64,000 nt of DNA from Corallococcus sp. EGB. Lineage in GTDB: Bacteria > Myxococcota > Myxococcia > Myxococcales > Myxococcaceae. Position 1 is the stretch's first letter; every line of letters starts with the position of its first letter. Shown one piece after another: positions 1-9,474 of this stretch. The notes beneath the pieces are model-generated. The model was not told the origin of the DNA and searched no databases. It worked only from the letters and a program-made list of their open reading frames with translations. The translations under genes and the position numbers were made by a program. Where the stretch lies: contig NZ_CP079946.1 in the NCBI RefSeq assembly GCF_019968905.1, positions 5,985,356 through 6,049,355 of the forward strand, written 5' to 3'.

Positions 1-2172
1 GCCCCGGACGGTTCGCCCCTGCGCATGATGTACCTGGGCAGCCACGTGGGCTGGCAGGGCCTGCCCACCCTGCTGCGCGCCACCGCGCTCGCGGCCCAGC
101 AGGTGGACGTGCGTCTGACGCTGGTGGGCGCGCACCACCCGGACTGGAAGCCCCACCTCGAGGACCTGGTCAAAGACCTGGGCATCAAGGAGAAGGTCGA
201 CTTCCAGCCGCCTGTCGCGCACGACGACCTGGTCAAGGTGCTGGCGCTGGCGGACGTGGGCGTGCTGCCGCTGGACGACTCGGAGCGCAACCGGCTCCAG
301 GGGGGACCGCTGGCCAAGGTCTCCGAGTACCTGGCCGCCGGCCGGCCGGTCATCGCCGCGGACCTGCCCGTCACGCGCGAGCTGATTCCGAAGGACGCGG
401 CCACCTTCTTCCCCCCGGGCGACGCCCGTGCCCTCTCCGAGCGCATCCTGGACCTGGCGCGCGACGTGCCCCGCCGCGTGGCGCTGGGCAAGGCGGGGCG
501 CGCGTTCGCGCAGAAGGTGCTGGACGCGGGCATCATCCGCGGTCAGCTGCTGGACCTCTACGACTCGCTCCTGGAGAAGCGGGGCCACGTGCCGGTGGAG
601 GCCGCCAGCGAGCCGCCCGACGTCACGATGACGGGCACTCCCACGAACCGGCTCGCGAACCTGGGCATGCCAGAGGCGTCCAGGCCCGCGCCCACGCCAC
701 CCGCGAAGCCCGCCACGCAGGACGCGGCCGAATCCGCCGCGTCCCCTACCGCGAAGGAAGGCGCGGAGGACGCGCCCGTGGTCATGGGCATGGCCCTGGA
801 AGACGGCATGGACACGCGGCTCGTCAAGACCGAGCCGGACATGCGGCCCGACGAAGTCCCCTTGGTCCTGGGTCTGCCGCTGCGCGAGTCCGCCGCGCCC
901 CAGCCCCAACTCGAAGAAGCCGCGCGTCCACCCGAGCCCGCGCCCACGGCCAGGACGACCGACGACACCGCGAGGACATCGCTGCCCTCCGCCCCCTCGA
1001 AGCAGGAGGCGGTACCGGAGCCCCTGGGAGGCCGTGGTTCGGAGCCGGCGCCCCCCACGGAGATGGTGACGAGCCCCCTGGCGAAGTCGCTCGGCTTGAA
1101 GAGCGCCGACGGGGACGATGCCGGGGAGCCGGACGAGAAGTCCCGCGCCTCCGAGGATTCCTCCTTCGGTGCGACGGCGGTGGTGCGCAGTCCGCTGGAA
1201 GACGACTCGAGCACGCCGGCCCCCACGCCCATCGTGCGCCGCCCGGCTTCGGACGAAGAGGAACGGGCCCCCACGCCCGTCGTGCGCAGGCCCCTTGAGG
1301 ACGAAGCCCCCGCGCCCACGCCTGTCGTGCGCCGCCCCGCGTCCCTCATGGAGGACGAGGAGCGGGCCCCCACGCCCATCGTGCGCCGGGCCGGAGTCAT
1401 GCGGGAGGAGGAGGAAGCCCCCGCGCCCACGCCCATCGTGCCCATGCGCTCCTTGATGAACGGGACGCGGAGCACGGGCTCCAGCCGGCCGCAGCGCCCG
1501 TCGGAGCCGGTCCCCTCGGAACCTCCCCGCCTCTTCCCCTCTCCTTCTCCCATGGCCGACGCGGACAAACCGCCCATCCGTGGCGGCGCCGCCGCGGATC
1601 CAGGCCGGCCCGCCACTTCCCGTCCTCCAGTGCTCACGGAGTCCGACAAGCCGCCCATCCGAGGAGGCTCTGTCTCCGACGCGGACCGCCCGCCGCAGCT
1701 GCCGCCCCGCGCCGCCGCGCCGCCGCCCGTTCCGCGCCAGGGCCCGCCCCGGCTGATCCCCACGCCCCCCGTGCTGACGCCGTCGAGGGCCGCGTCCGCG
1801 GACGACGAGCCGGAGGAGATCGCCGCCGACGAGGCCCAGTCCCTGGACGACGACGCCGGCCACACGCCCTCCAACGCCAGCGCGGCGCTGGACGAGGCGG
1901 AGGAGATCGGCAACGACGAGGTCCACGACGCGGACTCGCTCGAGGTGGAGGCCGCGGACGCCGAGGACCCGGGTCCCCCGCCCCAGCCCCCCGGATCCGC
2001 CCTCAACCCGTGGTTCGCGCAGCTCGCGCACGGGTACTGTCCCCCGGAGGGGGCCCGCTTCGCCCGGCACACCCCGCCCACCAACTTCCCAGGGCGGGAT
2101 CCGGACGGCGGCGTGTCCCCGGGGTCGGTCTCCCCTGTCGGCCAGGGAGCGGTTCGCGGCAAGAACTCGTGA
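1..2172 (+). CDS. Glycosyltransferase family 4, C-terminal domain, fused to a roughly 520-aa Pro/Ala/Glu-rich disordered tail. The gene is partial at the 5' end because the frame is open back to base 1.
   Basis: The motif GRPVIAADLPVTRELIPKDAATFFPPGD matches the GT1/GT4 C-terminal fold. The tail is low complexity with 5 repeats of APTP[IV]VRRP and 2 of DKPPIRGG. GC3 is high throughout. Confidence 0.6.
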   Translation, partial: APDGSPLRMMYLGSHVGWQGLPTLLRATALAAQQVDVRLTLVGAHHPDWKPHLEDLVKDLGIKEKVDFQPPVAHDDLVKVLALADVGVLPLDDSERNRLQGGPLAKVSEYLAAGRPVIAADLPVTRELIPKDAATFFPPGDARALSERILDLARDVPRRVALGKAGRAFAQKVLDAGIIRGQLLDLYDSLLEKRGHVPVEAASEPPDVTMTGTPTNRLANLGMPEASRPAPTPPAKPATQDAAESAASPTAKEGAEDAPVVMGMALEDGMDTRLVKTEPDMRPDEVPLVLGLPLRESAAPQPQLEEAARPPEPAPTARTTDDTARTSLPSAPSKQEAVPEPLGGRGSEPAPPTEMVTSPLAKSLGLKSADGDDAGEPDEKSRASEDSSFGATAVVRSPLEDDSSTPAPTPIVRRPASDEEERAPTPVVRRPLEDEAPAPTPVVRRPASLMEDEERAPTPIVRRAGVMREEEEAPAPTPIVPMRSLMNGTRSTGSSRPQRPSEPVPSEPPRLFPSPSPMADADKPPIRGGAAADPGRPATSRPPVLTESDKPPIRGGSVSDADRPPQLPPRAAAPPPVPRQGPPRLIPTPPVLTPSRAASADDEPEEIAADEAQSLDDDAGHTPSNASAALDEAEEIGNDEVHDADSLEVEAADAEDPGPPPQPPGSALNPWFAQLAHGYCPPEGARFARHTPPTNFPGRDPDGGVSPGSVSPVGQGAVRGKNS

Positions 2173-2259
2173 GGCAGCCGACCGAGCACCGCTCGGAAAC
2201 TTTTCAAGCCGCGCTCCCGCCCGATAGGATGTGGCGGTTTTCACTGCACTTTTTGCTGG

Positions 2260-5200
2260 GTGAAGGGCTTCATGGAGCGTCGCGTCCTCATCGTCGAAAG
2301 CCAGAACGACTTCGCACTCAGCATGGCCTCCGTGCTCAAGAGCGCGGGCTACAACACGGCCATGGCCACCACTGCGTCAGACGCGCAGCGGGAGTTGGAG
2401 AAGCGCCGACCCGACCTCGTCGTCGTGCGCGCGGAGCTTCCGGACCAGTCCGGTTTTGCCCTCTGTGGGCAGATCAAGAAGGGCAAGTGGGGCCAGAACC
2501 TCAAGGTCCTCCTGCTCTCCTCCGACTCGGGTGTGGAGGGCCTGAACAAGCACCGTGAGACGCCGGCCGCCGCGGACGGCTATCTCGTCATCCCGTTCGA
2601 GATGGGCGAGCTCGCCTCCATGAGCGCCGGCATCGTGCCGCCCGGCACCGATGATTCGGACGCGGACCTGGATGCCGCGCTCAACGGCGCGCCTCGGGAA
2701 GCCCCGCCGCCCATGCCCGGCGTGCGCACGGGCGCCCCGCCCAAGCTGCCCAAGCGCGAGCGCCGCAGCGCGATGACGGACGAGGACAAGGCCTTCATGG
2801 ACCGGGCCTTCTCGTCCATCGCGGACCGCAAGGCGGAGCTGCTCGCGGAGTCGCGCCAGCTCAAGCGCCCGCCCCCGCGCCGCGAGCTGATGGGCACGCC
2901 CGAGGGCAAGATCCAGATCCTCCGGGACGAGCTGAAGACGCGTGAAGCCCAGCTCGCGCGCCTGTCGGAGATCTGGAGCGTCCGCGAGCGCGAGCTGCTC
3001 TCCGTGGAGGACCGCCTCCACGAGAAGGACGTGGAGCTGCAGGGCCTGAAGATGCAGGTGGACGACCTGCTCCGGCGCTTCAACGACGCGCAGCAGTCCA
3101 TCGTCCAGAAGGAGCGCGAGCACGGCGCCACCGTCGACGACCTGCTCCTCCAGAAGTTCTCCTCGGAGAAGGACCTCATCGAGGTCGTCGCCTCCAAGGA
3201 GAAGGACATCAACGTCCTGCGCAAGGAGGTCAACCTCCGCGACGAGGAGCTGGCCCGGCGCGGCGCGGACCTGGAGAGCTGGCGCAACGAGTTCGACAAG
3301 CTCGAAAAGCACCTCGGCGTCATCACGCTGGAGTTCGAGGTCAAGGAGCAGAAGCTCCAGGACACCGTCCGCGCCAACGAGGCGGACATCCTCCAGCTGC
3401 GCGAGCGCGGCGACCAGTTCGAGTCCGAGCTGTCCCGCACCATCAGCGAGCGCGACAACCGCTACGCCGAGCTGGGCGGGGAGATTCAAGCCCTCCAGGA
3501 GCGGCTGACCCAGACCGAGCAGGAGCGCGACGCCACCGTGCGCGGCCTGGAGGCCCGGGCCACCACCGCGGAGGAGCACGCCAGCCGTTCGGACGCGGAG
3601 ATTGAACGCCTCAACGCCGAGCGCGCCGCGCTGGAGCAGCGCCTCACGCAGCAGGTGGCGGACCTGGAGTCCGACATCTCGCGCGTCACCGGCGAGCGCG
3701 ACCAGCTCCGGCTGGACAAGGACGCCCTGGAGGCGGACCTCACGCAGCGCGTGGAGGAGCGGGACGGGAAGATCTCCGCGCTCGACCGCGAGCTGCAGGA
3801 GGCCATCGCCCGCAACGAGAACAGCGAGGCGGAGCTCAACGCCACCATCCAGCAGCACCGTGAGCGAATCGGTGAGCTGGAGGGCGAGGTCGAAGCCGTC
3901 AAGACGCACCTGGAGGACCGCGAGAACGAGCTGAACGCGGAGCTCCAGGCGCTGCAGCAGGCCAAGGACGCGCTGGAGCAGGACCTCACCAGCCAGTTGG
4001 AGGACCTGCGCGCGGCCAAGGACGCCCTGGAGGCGGACCTCAACGGCCAGATTCAAGCGCTCACCGAGCAGCTGGACGCGGCCCAGCGCCAGGGCGAACA
4101 GCTCTCCGCGCGCGTGGCCTCGCTGGAGGACACCGTCTCCCAGCGCGACGGCACCATCGAGGGCCTGCAGACCGACGTCGCCGACCGCGACGCCCGCATC
4201 GCCGAGCTGACCGGCAACCTGGAGGCCACGAGCCAGCAGCTCTCCGAGACGCAGGGCACGCTCTCCAGCACGGAGGCCACCCTCGCGGAGACACGCGGCG
4301 AGCTGGAGGCCACCAGCCAGCAGCTCTCCACCACGCAGAACACGCTCTCCACCACGGAGGCCACGCTGGCGGAGACGCGCGGCGAGCTGGAGGCCACCAG
4401 CCAGCAGCTCTCCGAGACGCAGACGCGCCTCGCCCAGACGGAGGAGACGCTCTCCACCACGCGCGGCGAGCTGGAGGCCACCAGCCAGACACTGGCCACC
4501 ACGGAGGGCACCCTCGCGCAGACGCAGGACATGCTGGCGCGCACGGAGGCCACGCTCGCCGGCACGCAGAACACGCTCGCCAGCACCGAGGGCACGCTCG
4601 CGGAGACGCGCGGCGAGCTGGAGGCCACCACCCAGACGCTGACGGACACCCAGTCCCGCCTGGCGCAGACGGAGGAGACGCTCTCCACCACGCGCGGCGA
4701 GCTGGAGGCCACCAGCCAGACCCTCTCCGACACGCAGGCCACGCTGGCCCGCACGGAGGGGACGCTCGCGGAGACGCGCGGCGAGCTGGAGGCCACCAGC
4801 CAGACGCTGACGGACACGCAGGCGCGGCTCGCGCAGAGCGAGGCCCACCTGGCGTCCACCCAGGGCGAGCTGGAGGCCACCAGCCAGACACTGGCCACCA
4901 CGGAGGGCACCCTCGCGCAGACGCAGGACACGCTGGCGCGCACGGAGGCCACGCTCGCGGACACGCAGAACGCGCTCGCCAGCACCGAAGGCACGCTCGC
5001 GGAGACGCGCGGCGAGCTGGAGGCCACCAGCCAGACGCTGACGCAGACCCAGGAGACCCTGGAGGTCACCCGCTCCGACCTGGCGAAGATGACCTCGCAC
5101 CGCGACGAGCTGGACGCGGAGCTGAACGAGACGCGGAACCTCCTCCAGGAGACCAACGGCCTCCTCGCCCGCACCACCGAGGAGCGCGACCAGCGCATCG

Positions 5201-6870
5201 CGGAGCTGCAGGCGCTCAACGCCGCGAAGGACGCGCTGGAGCAGGACCTCACCGGCCAGATTGGCAACCTGCGCGCGGAGCTGTCTGAGACGCAGGGCCT
5301 CTACGACGCGGAGCGCACCGCCCACGCGGCGCTCGCGGAGGAGACCACCGCGCGCATCCACGCCCTCACCGGCGAGCGCGACCAGCTGACCGCGGACCTG
5401 GGCGCCACGTCGCAGCAGCTGGCCGACACGCAGGGCCAGCTGGCCAGCACGCAGGACGCGCTGGCCCGCGAAGAGCAGGCCCACGCCCAGGCCCGCCAGG
5501 CCGCCGCGGACATCCAGGCGGAGCTCACGCGCCAGCTCACCGAGGCCCAGGCCAACGGCGAGGACCTGGCCGAACAGCTCATCGTCACCAAGCACGAGCT
5601 GGGCACGCGCGTGTCGGAAGTCACGCAGCTGACGTCCACGCTCGCGCAGACGGAGGACGCGCGGCACCACCTGGAGGACCGCCTCCAGACGCTCACCCAC
5701 GAGTCGCAGCGCCGCGAGGAGCTCCTCCAGAACGAGGTCGACACCAAGGGCAAGGAGCTGTCCGACACGCTCCGCAAGCTCACGCACGTGACGCAGGAGA
5801 AGATGCGTCAGGCGGAGGTGCTCAACCGCGAGGTCGCCACCCGCACGGAGCAGGTGAAGCAGCTGGAAGGCCAGCTGGAGACGCAGGCCGCCGAGGCGAA
5901 GAAGCAGGCGGACGCGCTCAACCAGCAGCTCGCCAACGTCTCCGGCGAGCTGGACGGAGCGCGCAAGGCCCTCGCGGAGCGCGACACGCAGCTGCAGCAG
6001 GCCGGGCAGCAGCAGAAGAAGCTCACCAGCGAGCGCGACGGGCTGGCCGGACAGCTCCAGCAGGCCCAGGCCCAGGCGCAGCAGCAGGCCCAGCAGGCCC
6101 AGGCCGCCGCCGCGGAGGCGAAGAAGCAGTCCGACGACCTGGCCGCGAAGCTCGCCAAGGCGGAACAGCGCATCGCGCAGCTCTCCCAGGAGGCCCAGAA
6201 GTTCGCCGCCGACACGGAGGCGAAGCTCAAGGAGGCCCAGGCCCAGCTGCAGGCCCGCACCAAGAAGGCCCAGGACCTGGAGCTGGCGCTGGAGAACGCC
6301 CAGAGCACCCGCGCCCGCGCGGAGAAGGAGCTCACCGCCCGCGTCACCGCGGCGGAGGCCAAGGCCAACGAGGCGGCCGCGAAGCTCGCCACCGCGCAGA
6401 AGGAGCGCAAGGACCTGGAGGCCCGTCAGGCCAAGGAGCTCGAGGACCTCAACGCCAAGCAGAAGGCGGAGCTCGAGCGCCGCGAGGCCATCAAGGCCCA
6501 GGAGGTCGCCCGCCTCCAGACGTCCGTCCAGGAGAAGAGCAAGGCACTCAAGGTCGCCGAGCTGGAGCTGGCCCGCTACAAGACCAAGGCCCCGGCCGCC
6601 GCCGCGCCCGCCGCGAAGGCCGCCAAGGCCACCGAGGAGGAGCACCTGGCCGCCACCGTCCAGGCCAACCCGGTCATCCCGGCCGCCGCCAAGCCCCCGG
6701 CCAAGGCCGCTCCCGCCGCCAAGACCGCCGCGAAGAAGGCCGCCCCGACCCCGGCCCCGGTGCCCCAGGACGAGGACGCCCCGGAGCGCACCATGGTCAT
6801 GCAGCTGCCCACCGCCCCCGAAGGCGGCGAGGACGACTGGACGGCGCTCGTCGACGAGCTCGACAAGTAG
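2260..6870 (+). CDS. aglZ: AglZ-like gliding-motility protein: N-terminal pseudo-receiver (CheY-like) domain followed by about 1400 aa of coiled coil.
   Basis: The N-terminus MERRVLIVESQNDFALSMASVLKSAGY...DLVVVRAELPDQSGFALCGQIKKGKWGQNLKVLLLSSD is receiver-like. The rest is a heptad-rich E/L/Q/A/T coiled coil, 1536 aa in total, matching the AglZ architecture of Myxococcus. Confidence 0.7.
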   Translation: MKGFMERRVLIVESQNDFALSMASVLKSAGYNTAMATTASDAQRELEKRRPDLVVVRAELPDQSGFALCGQIKKGKWGQNLKVLLLSSDSGVEGLNKHRETPAAADGYLVIPFEMGELASMSAGIVPPGTDDSDADLDAALNGAPREAPPPMPGVRTGAPPKLPKRERRSAMTDEDKAFMDRAFSSIADRKAELLAESRQLKRPPPRRELMGTPEGKIQILRDELKTREAQLARLSEIWSVRERELLSVEDRLHEKDVELQGLKMQVDDLLRRFNDAQQSIVQKEREHGATVDDLLLQKFSSEKDLIEVVASKEKDINVLRKEVNLRDEELARRGADLESWRNEFDKLEKHLGVITLEFEVKEQKLQDTVRANEADILQLRERGDQFESELSRTISERDNRYAELGGEIQALQERLTQTEQERDATVRGLEARATTAEEHASRSDAEIERLNAERAALEQRLTQQVADLESDISRVTGERDQLRLDKDALEADLTQRVEERDGKISALDRELQEAIARNENSEAELNATIQQHRERIGELEGEVEAVKTHLEDRENELNAELQALQQAKDALEQDLTSQLEDLRAAKDALEADLNGQIQALTEQLDAAQRQGEQLSARVASLEDTVSQRDGTIEGLQTDVADRDARIAELTGNLEATSQQLSETQGTLSSTEATLAETRGELEATSQQLSTTQNTLSTTEATLAETRGELEATSQQLSETQTRLAQTEETLSTTRGELEATSQTLATTEGTLAQTQDMLARTEATLAGTQNTLASTEGTLAETRGELEATTQTLTDTQSRLAQTEETLSTTRGELEATSQTLSDTQATLARTEGTLAETRGELEATSQTLTDTQARLAQSEAHLASTQGELEATSQTLATTEGTLAQTQDTLARTEATLADTQNALASTEGTLAETRGELEATSQTLTQTQETLEVTRSDLAKMTSHRDELDAELNETRNLLQETNGLLARTTEERDQRIAELQALNAAKDALEQDLTGQIGNLRAELSETQGLYDAERTAHAALAEETTARIHALTGERDQLTADLGATSQQLADTQGQLASTQDALAREEQAHAQARQAAADIQAELTRQLTEAQANGEDLAEQLIVTKHELGTRVSEVTQLTSTLAQTEDARHHLEDRLQTLTHESQRREELLQNEVDTKGKELSDTLRKLTHVTQEKMRQAEVLNREVATRTEQVKQLEGQLETQAAEAKKQADALNQQLANVSGELDGARKALAERDTQLQQAGQQQKKLTSERDGLAGQLQQAQAQAQQQAQQAQAAAAEAKKQSDDLAAKLAKAEQRIAQLSQEAQKFAADTEAKLKEAQAQLQARTKKAQDLELALENAQSTRARAEKELTARVTAAEAKANEAAAKLATAQKERKDLEARQAKELEDLNAKQKAELERREAIKAQEVARLQTSVQEKSKALKVAELELARYKTKAPAAAAPAAKAAKATEEEHLAATVQANPVIPAAAKPPAKAAPAAKTAAKKAAPTPAPVPQDEDAPERTMVMQLPTAPEGGEDDWTALVDELDK

Positions 6871-6927
6871 CCCCCCTGCCCCGCCCTCCCCTCACCCGGG
6901 AGGGCCGGGCCTTCCCGGAAACGACAA

Positions 6928-6972
6928 GGGCCCGCGCACTCCGTGGAGTGCCGGGCCCTTCGTCGTTCTCGA
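6928..6972 (+). terminator. Rho-independent terminator downstream of the aglZ-like gene.
   Basis: GC hairpin gggcccgcgcactc-cgtg-gagtgccgggccc followed by ttcgtcgttctcg. Confidence 0.4.
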
Positions 6973-6988
6973 GACTGACCTGCGCCGG

Positions 6989-7216
6989 TTACAGCGCCGT
7001 GGCCGCCTTGGCCTCACGGATGAGGTCCCGGAAGTGCAGCGCCCCCACCACGTCCCGCACCACCGACACCGGACGGCCTTCCTCGCGGGCCTGCACCTGC
7101 GCCACCCGCCAGCGCTCCAGCAACGTCCTCGTCGCGATGTACGCCAGCACGAGGGGAAAGCCCCCCGGCATCACCACCACCAACACCGCCATCGCCAGCT
7201 TCAACCACGCCCACAT
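6989..7216 (-). CDS. Small hypothetical membrane protein of about 75 aa.
   Basis: The ORF MWAWLKLAMAVLVVVMPGGFPLVLAYIATRTLLERW... has one transmembrane helix, high GC3 and a TAA stop. The alternative upstream start lies in an AT-rich promoter-like stretch. Confidence 0.3.
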   Translation of the reverse strand: MWAWLKLAMAVLVVVMPGGFPLVLAYIATRTLLERWRVAQVQAREEGRPVSVVRDVVGALHFRDLIREAKAATAL

Positions 7217-7365
7217 GACCCGCGACCTCGTCGTCCTGAGATACGCCCGCATAGATGCACGGTGCATGCCCGCGGTGCGAAAATATTTACGCACCCTGAT
7301 TCCAAGGGGTTACGGCTCCCAAGGCCCTCAAGAGTGCGGACGACGCCCCCACAACCCTGGCATTT

Positions 7366-8349
7366 TTGCCGCAGTGGCCACGGGAGCCGTCGGTTAAGTT
7401 GACGGGCGTGAGCCCCCCTCAACTGACCTCGGAGATTCGCTCGTTCACCAGCGTGGAGGACGCAGCGCGTCGCCTGGAGGCGGTGGGCTACCTGTCGTCC
7501 CCCGAAATCGCCACGGCGGTGTTCCTCGCGGACCGGATGGGCAAGCCCATCCTGGTGGAGGGCCCCGCCGGCGTGGGCAAGACGGAGCTGGCCAAGGCCC
7601 TGGCCCAGGCGTTGGACCGGACCTTCCTCCGGCTCCAGTGCTACGAGGGCCTGGACGAAGCCAAGGCCCTCTACGAGTGGGAGTACGCCAAGCAGCTGCT
7701 CTACACCCAGCTGCTCAAGGACAAGATTGGCGAGCTGACGCAAGGCACGGCCACGCTCGCGGAGGCCGCGGACCGGCTCGCGTCCGGGGACGCGGTGTTC
7801 TTCTCCGAGCGCTTCCTCCTGCCCCGCCCCATCCTCCAGGCCCAGCTGTCGGACACGCCCGCCCTGCTCCTGGTGGACGAAATCGACAAGGCGGATCCGG
7901 AGTTCGAGGCCTTCCTCCTGGAGGTCCTGTCGGACAACGCTGTCACGGTGCCGGAGCTGGGCACCATCCGCGCGAAGCATGTCCCGCGCGTCATCCTCAC
8001 CAGCAACAACGCCCGCGAGCTGTCGGACGCGCTCAAGCGCCGCTGCCTGCACCTGCACATCGACTTCCCGGACCGCGAGCGCGAGCTGCGCATCGTCCGC
8101 GCGCGCCTGCCGGAGGTCCCCCAGGTCCTGGCCGAGCAGGTGGTGGAGGCCGTGGCCGCCATCCGCGCGCTCGACTTGAAGAAGGCCCCGTCCATCAGCG
8201 AGACGCTCGACTGGGCGCAGAGCCTCGCGCTGCTCAACGCCGAAGCGCTCAGCTCGGACGTCGTCGCGGCCACGCTCAACCTCGTCCTCAAATACGAGGG
8301 CGACATCGAGAAGGCCCGCGCCAACCTGCCCACCATCGCGCAGGCCTGA
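7366..8349 (+). CDS. MoxR/AAA_5-type AAA+ ATPase.
   Basis: Walker A VEGPAGVGKTELAKALAQAL and Walker B LLLVDEIDKADPEFEAFLLEVL; about 300 aa, typical of the MoxR family. The start is uncertain (TTG at 7366 or a GTG downstream). Confidence 0.8.
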   Translation: MPQWPREPSVKLTGVSPPQLTSEIRSFTSVEDAARRLEAVGYLSSPEIATAVFLADRMGKPILVEGPAGVGKTELAKALAQALDRTFLRLQCYEGLDEAKALYEWEYAKQLLYTQLLKDKIGELTQGTATLAEAADRLASGDAVFFSERFLLPRPILQAQLSDTPALLLVDEIDKADPEFEAFLLEVLSDNAVTVPELGTIRAKHVPRVILTSNNARELSDALKRRCLHLHIDFPDRERELRIVRARLPEVPQVLAEQVVEAVAAIRALDLKKAPSISETLDWAQSLALLNAEALSSDVVAATLNLVLKYEGDIEKARANLPTIAQA

Positions 8350-8463
8350 CGCAGAGCGCCGCACAGGGCGTGCGAATCGTTGGCACTTCACGCTTTGCGT
8401 CCCAGGTGCACCTGGGTACAAGTTCTTCAGCGGTCCCACCCCTAGCCCGAGAGGTACTTCCCG

Positions 8464-9414
8464 ATGAGCTCGACCTCATCCACCGTGCTGCGCGCCGAAC
8501 ACATCTGGCTCGATGGGAAGCTGATGAAATGGGACGAGGGCAACGTGCACGTGATGACGCACGCCCTCCACTACGGCCTGGGCGTCTTCGAGGGCATCCG
8601 CGCCTACAAGACCCATGACGGCCGGCTCGCCGTCTTCCGGCTGCGCGAGCACATCCGCCGCATGATGGATTCAGCGCACATCATCATGCTGAAGATGCCC
8701 TACACCGAGGATGAGCTGGTGGAGGCCACGCTGGAGCTCTTGCGCACGCAGAAGGCGCAGTTCGCCAACGGCGCGTACCTGCGCCCGGTCGCCTTCATGG
8801 GCGACGGCGCCATGGGCCTGGGCGCGGTGAACCCCACCCGCGTGGGCATCACCGCCTGGGACTGGGGCGCGTACCTGGGTGACAAGGGCTTGAAGGAAGG
8901 CATCCGCGCCAAGGTCAGCTCGTTCACGCGCAACCACGTGAACGTGAACATGGTGCGCGGGAAGATCACCGGCCAGTACGTGAACTCCATCCTCGCCAAG
9001 CGCGAGGCGGTGCTCGCCGGCTACGACGAGGCCATCCTCCTGGACATCAGCGGCTTCGTCGCGGAGGCCTCCGGGGAGAACATCTTCCTCGTGAACAAGA
9101 AGGGCATCATCAAGACGCCGCCCCTCTCGTCCCCCGTCCTGGACGGCATCACCCGCGACACGGTGCTGCGGCTGCTGCGCGACGCCGGCCACACCACCAT
9201 CGAGGAGGTCACCGTCACCCGTGACGCCCTCTACATCTGCAACGAGGTCTTCTTCACCGGCACCGCCGCGGAGATTACCCCCGTGCGCGAGGTGGACAAC
9301 CGCCAGATTGGCGACGGCAAGCCCGGCCCCATCACCCGGTACATCCAGGACATGTACTTCCGCGTCGTGCGAGGCCAGGAGGCCCGCTATGCGGACTGGC
9401 TGACCTACGTCTGA
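8464..9414 (+). CDS. ilvE: Branched-chain amino acid aminotransferase.
   Basis: HIWLDGKLMKWDEGNVHVMTHALHYGLGVFEGIRAY and the overall class IV aminotransferase pattern. Confidence 0.9.
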   Translation: MSSTSSTVLRAEHIWLDGKLMKWDEGNVHVMTHALHYGLGVFEGIRAYKTHDGRLAVFRLREHIRRMMDSAHIIMLKMPYTEDELVEATLELLRTQKAQFANGAYLRPVAFMGDGAMGLGAVNPTRVGITAWDWGAYLGDKGLKEGIRAKVSSFTRNHVNVNMVRGKITGQYVNSILAKREAVLAGYDEAILLDISGFVAEASGENIFLVNKKGIIKTPPLSSPVLDGITRDTVLRLLRDAGHTTIEEVTVTRDALYICNEVFFTGTAAEITPVREVDNRQIGDGKPGPITRYIQDMYFRVVRGQEARYADWLTYV

Positions 9415-9474
9415 CGACAGTCCCTGGGACGCGAAGCCCCGGCGGCCGGGGGAATCGGGTAGAACCCGTACCCG

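Noticed and set aside
558-2207. A 549-aa minus-strand ORF overlapping the glycosyltransferase tail
   Set aside because: It has a Ser/Gly/Arg-rich shadow composition, whereas the plus frame carries a recognisable GT domain.
4200-5060. Regular tandem repeats considered as a CRISPR-like array
   Set aside because: The repeats are in-frame protein-coding heptads within aglZ. They have no unique spacers, no leader and no cas genes.
2377-6645. A 1422-aa ORF on the minus strand inside aglZ, plus smaller ORFs at 3486-4043, 4053-5267, 4061-4891 (WWPPARRASP repeats), 5301-5783 and 5808-6410
   Set aside because: They are antisense shadows of the aglZ coiled coil, with Leu/Arg/Gly-rich low complexity, and they mirror the sense-strand repeats. 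Their GC-rich first codon positions are typical of non-coding frames.
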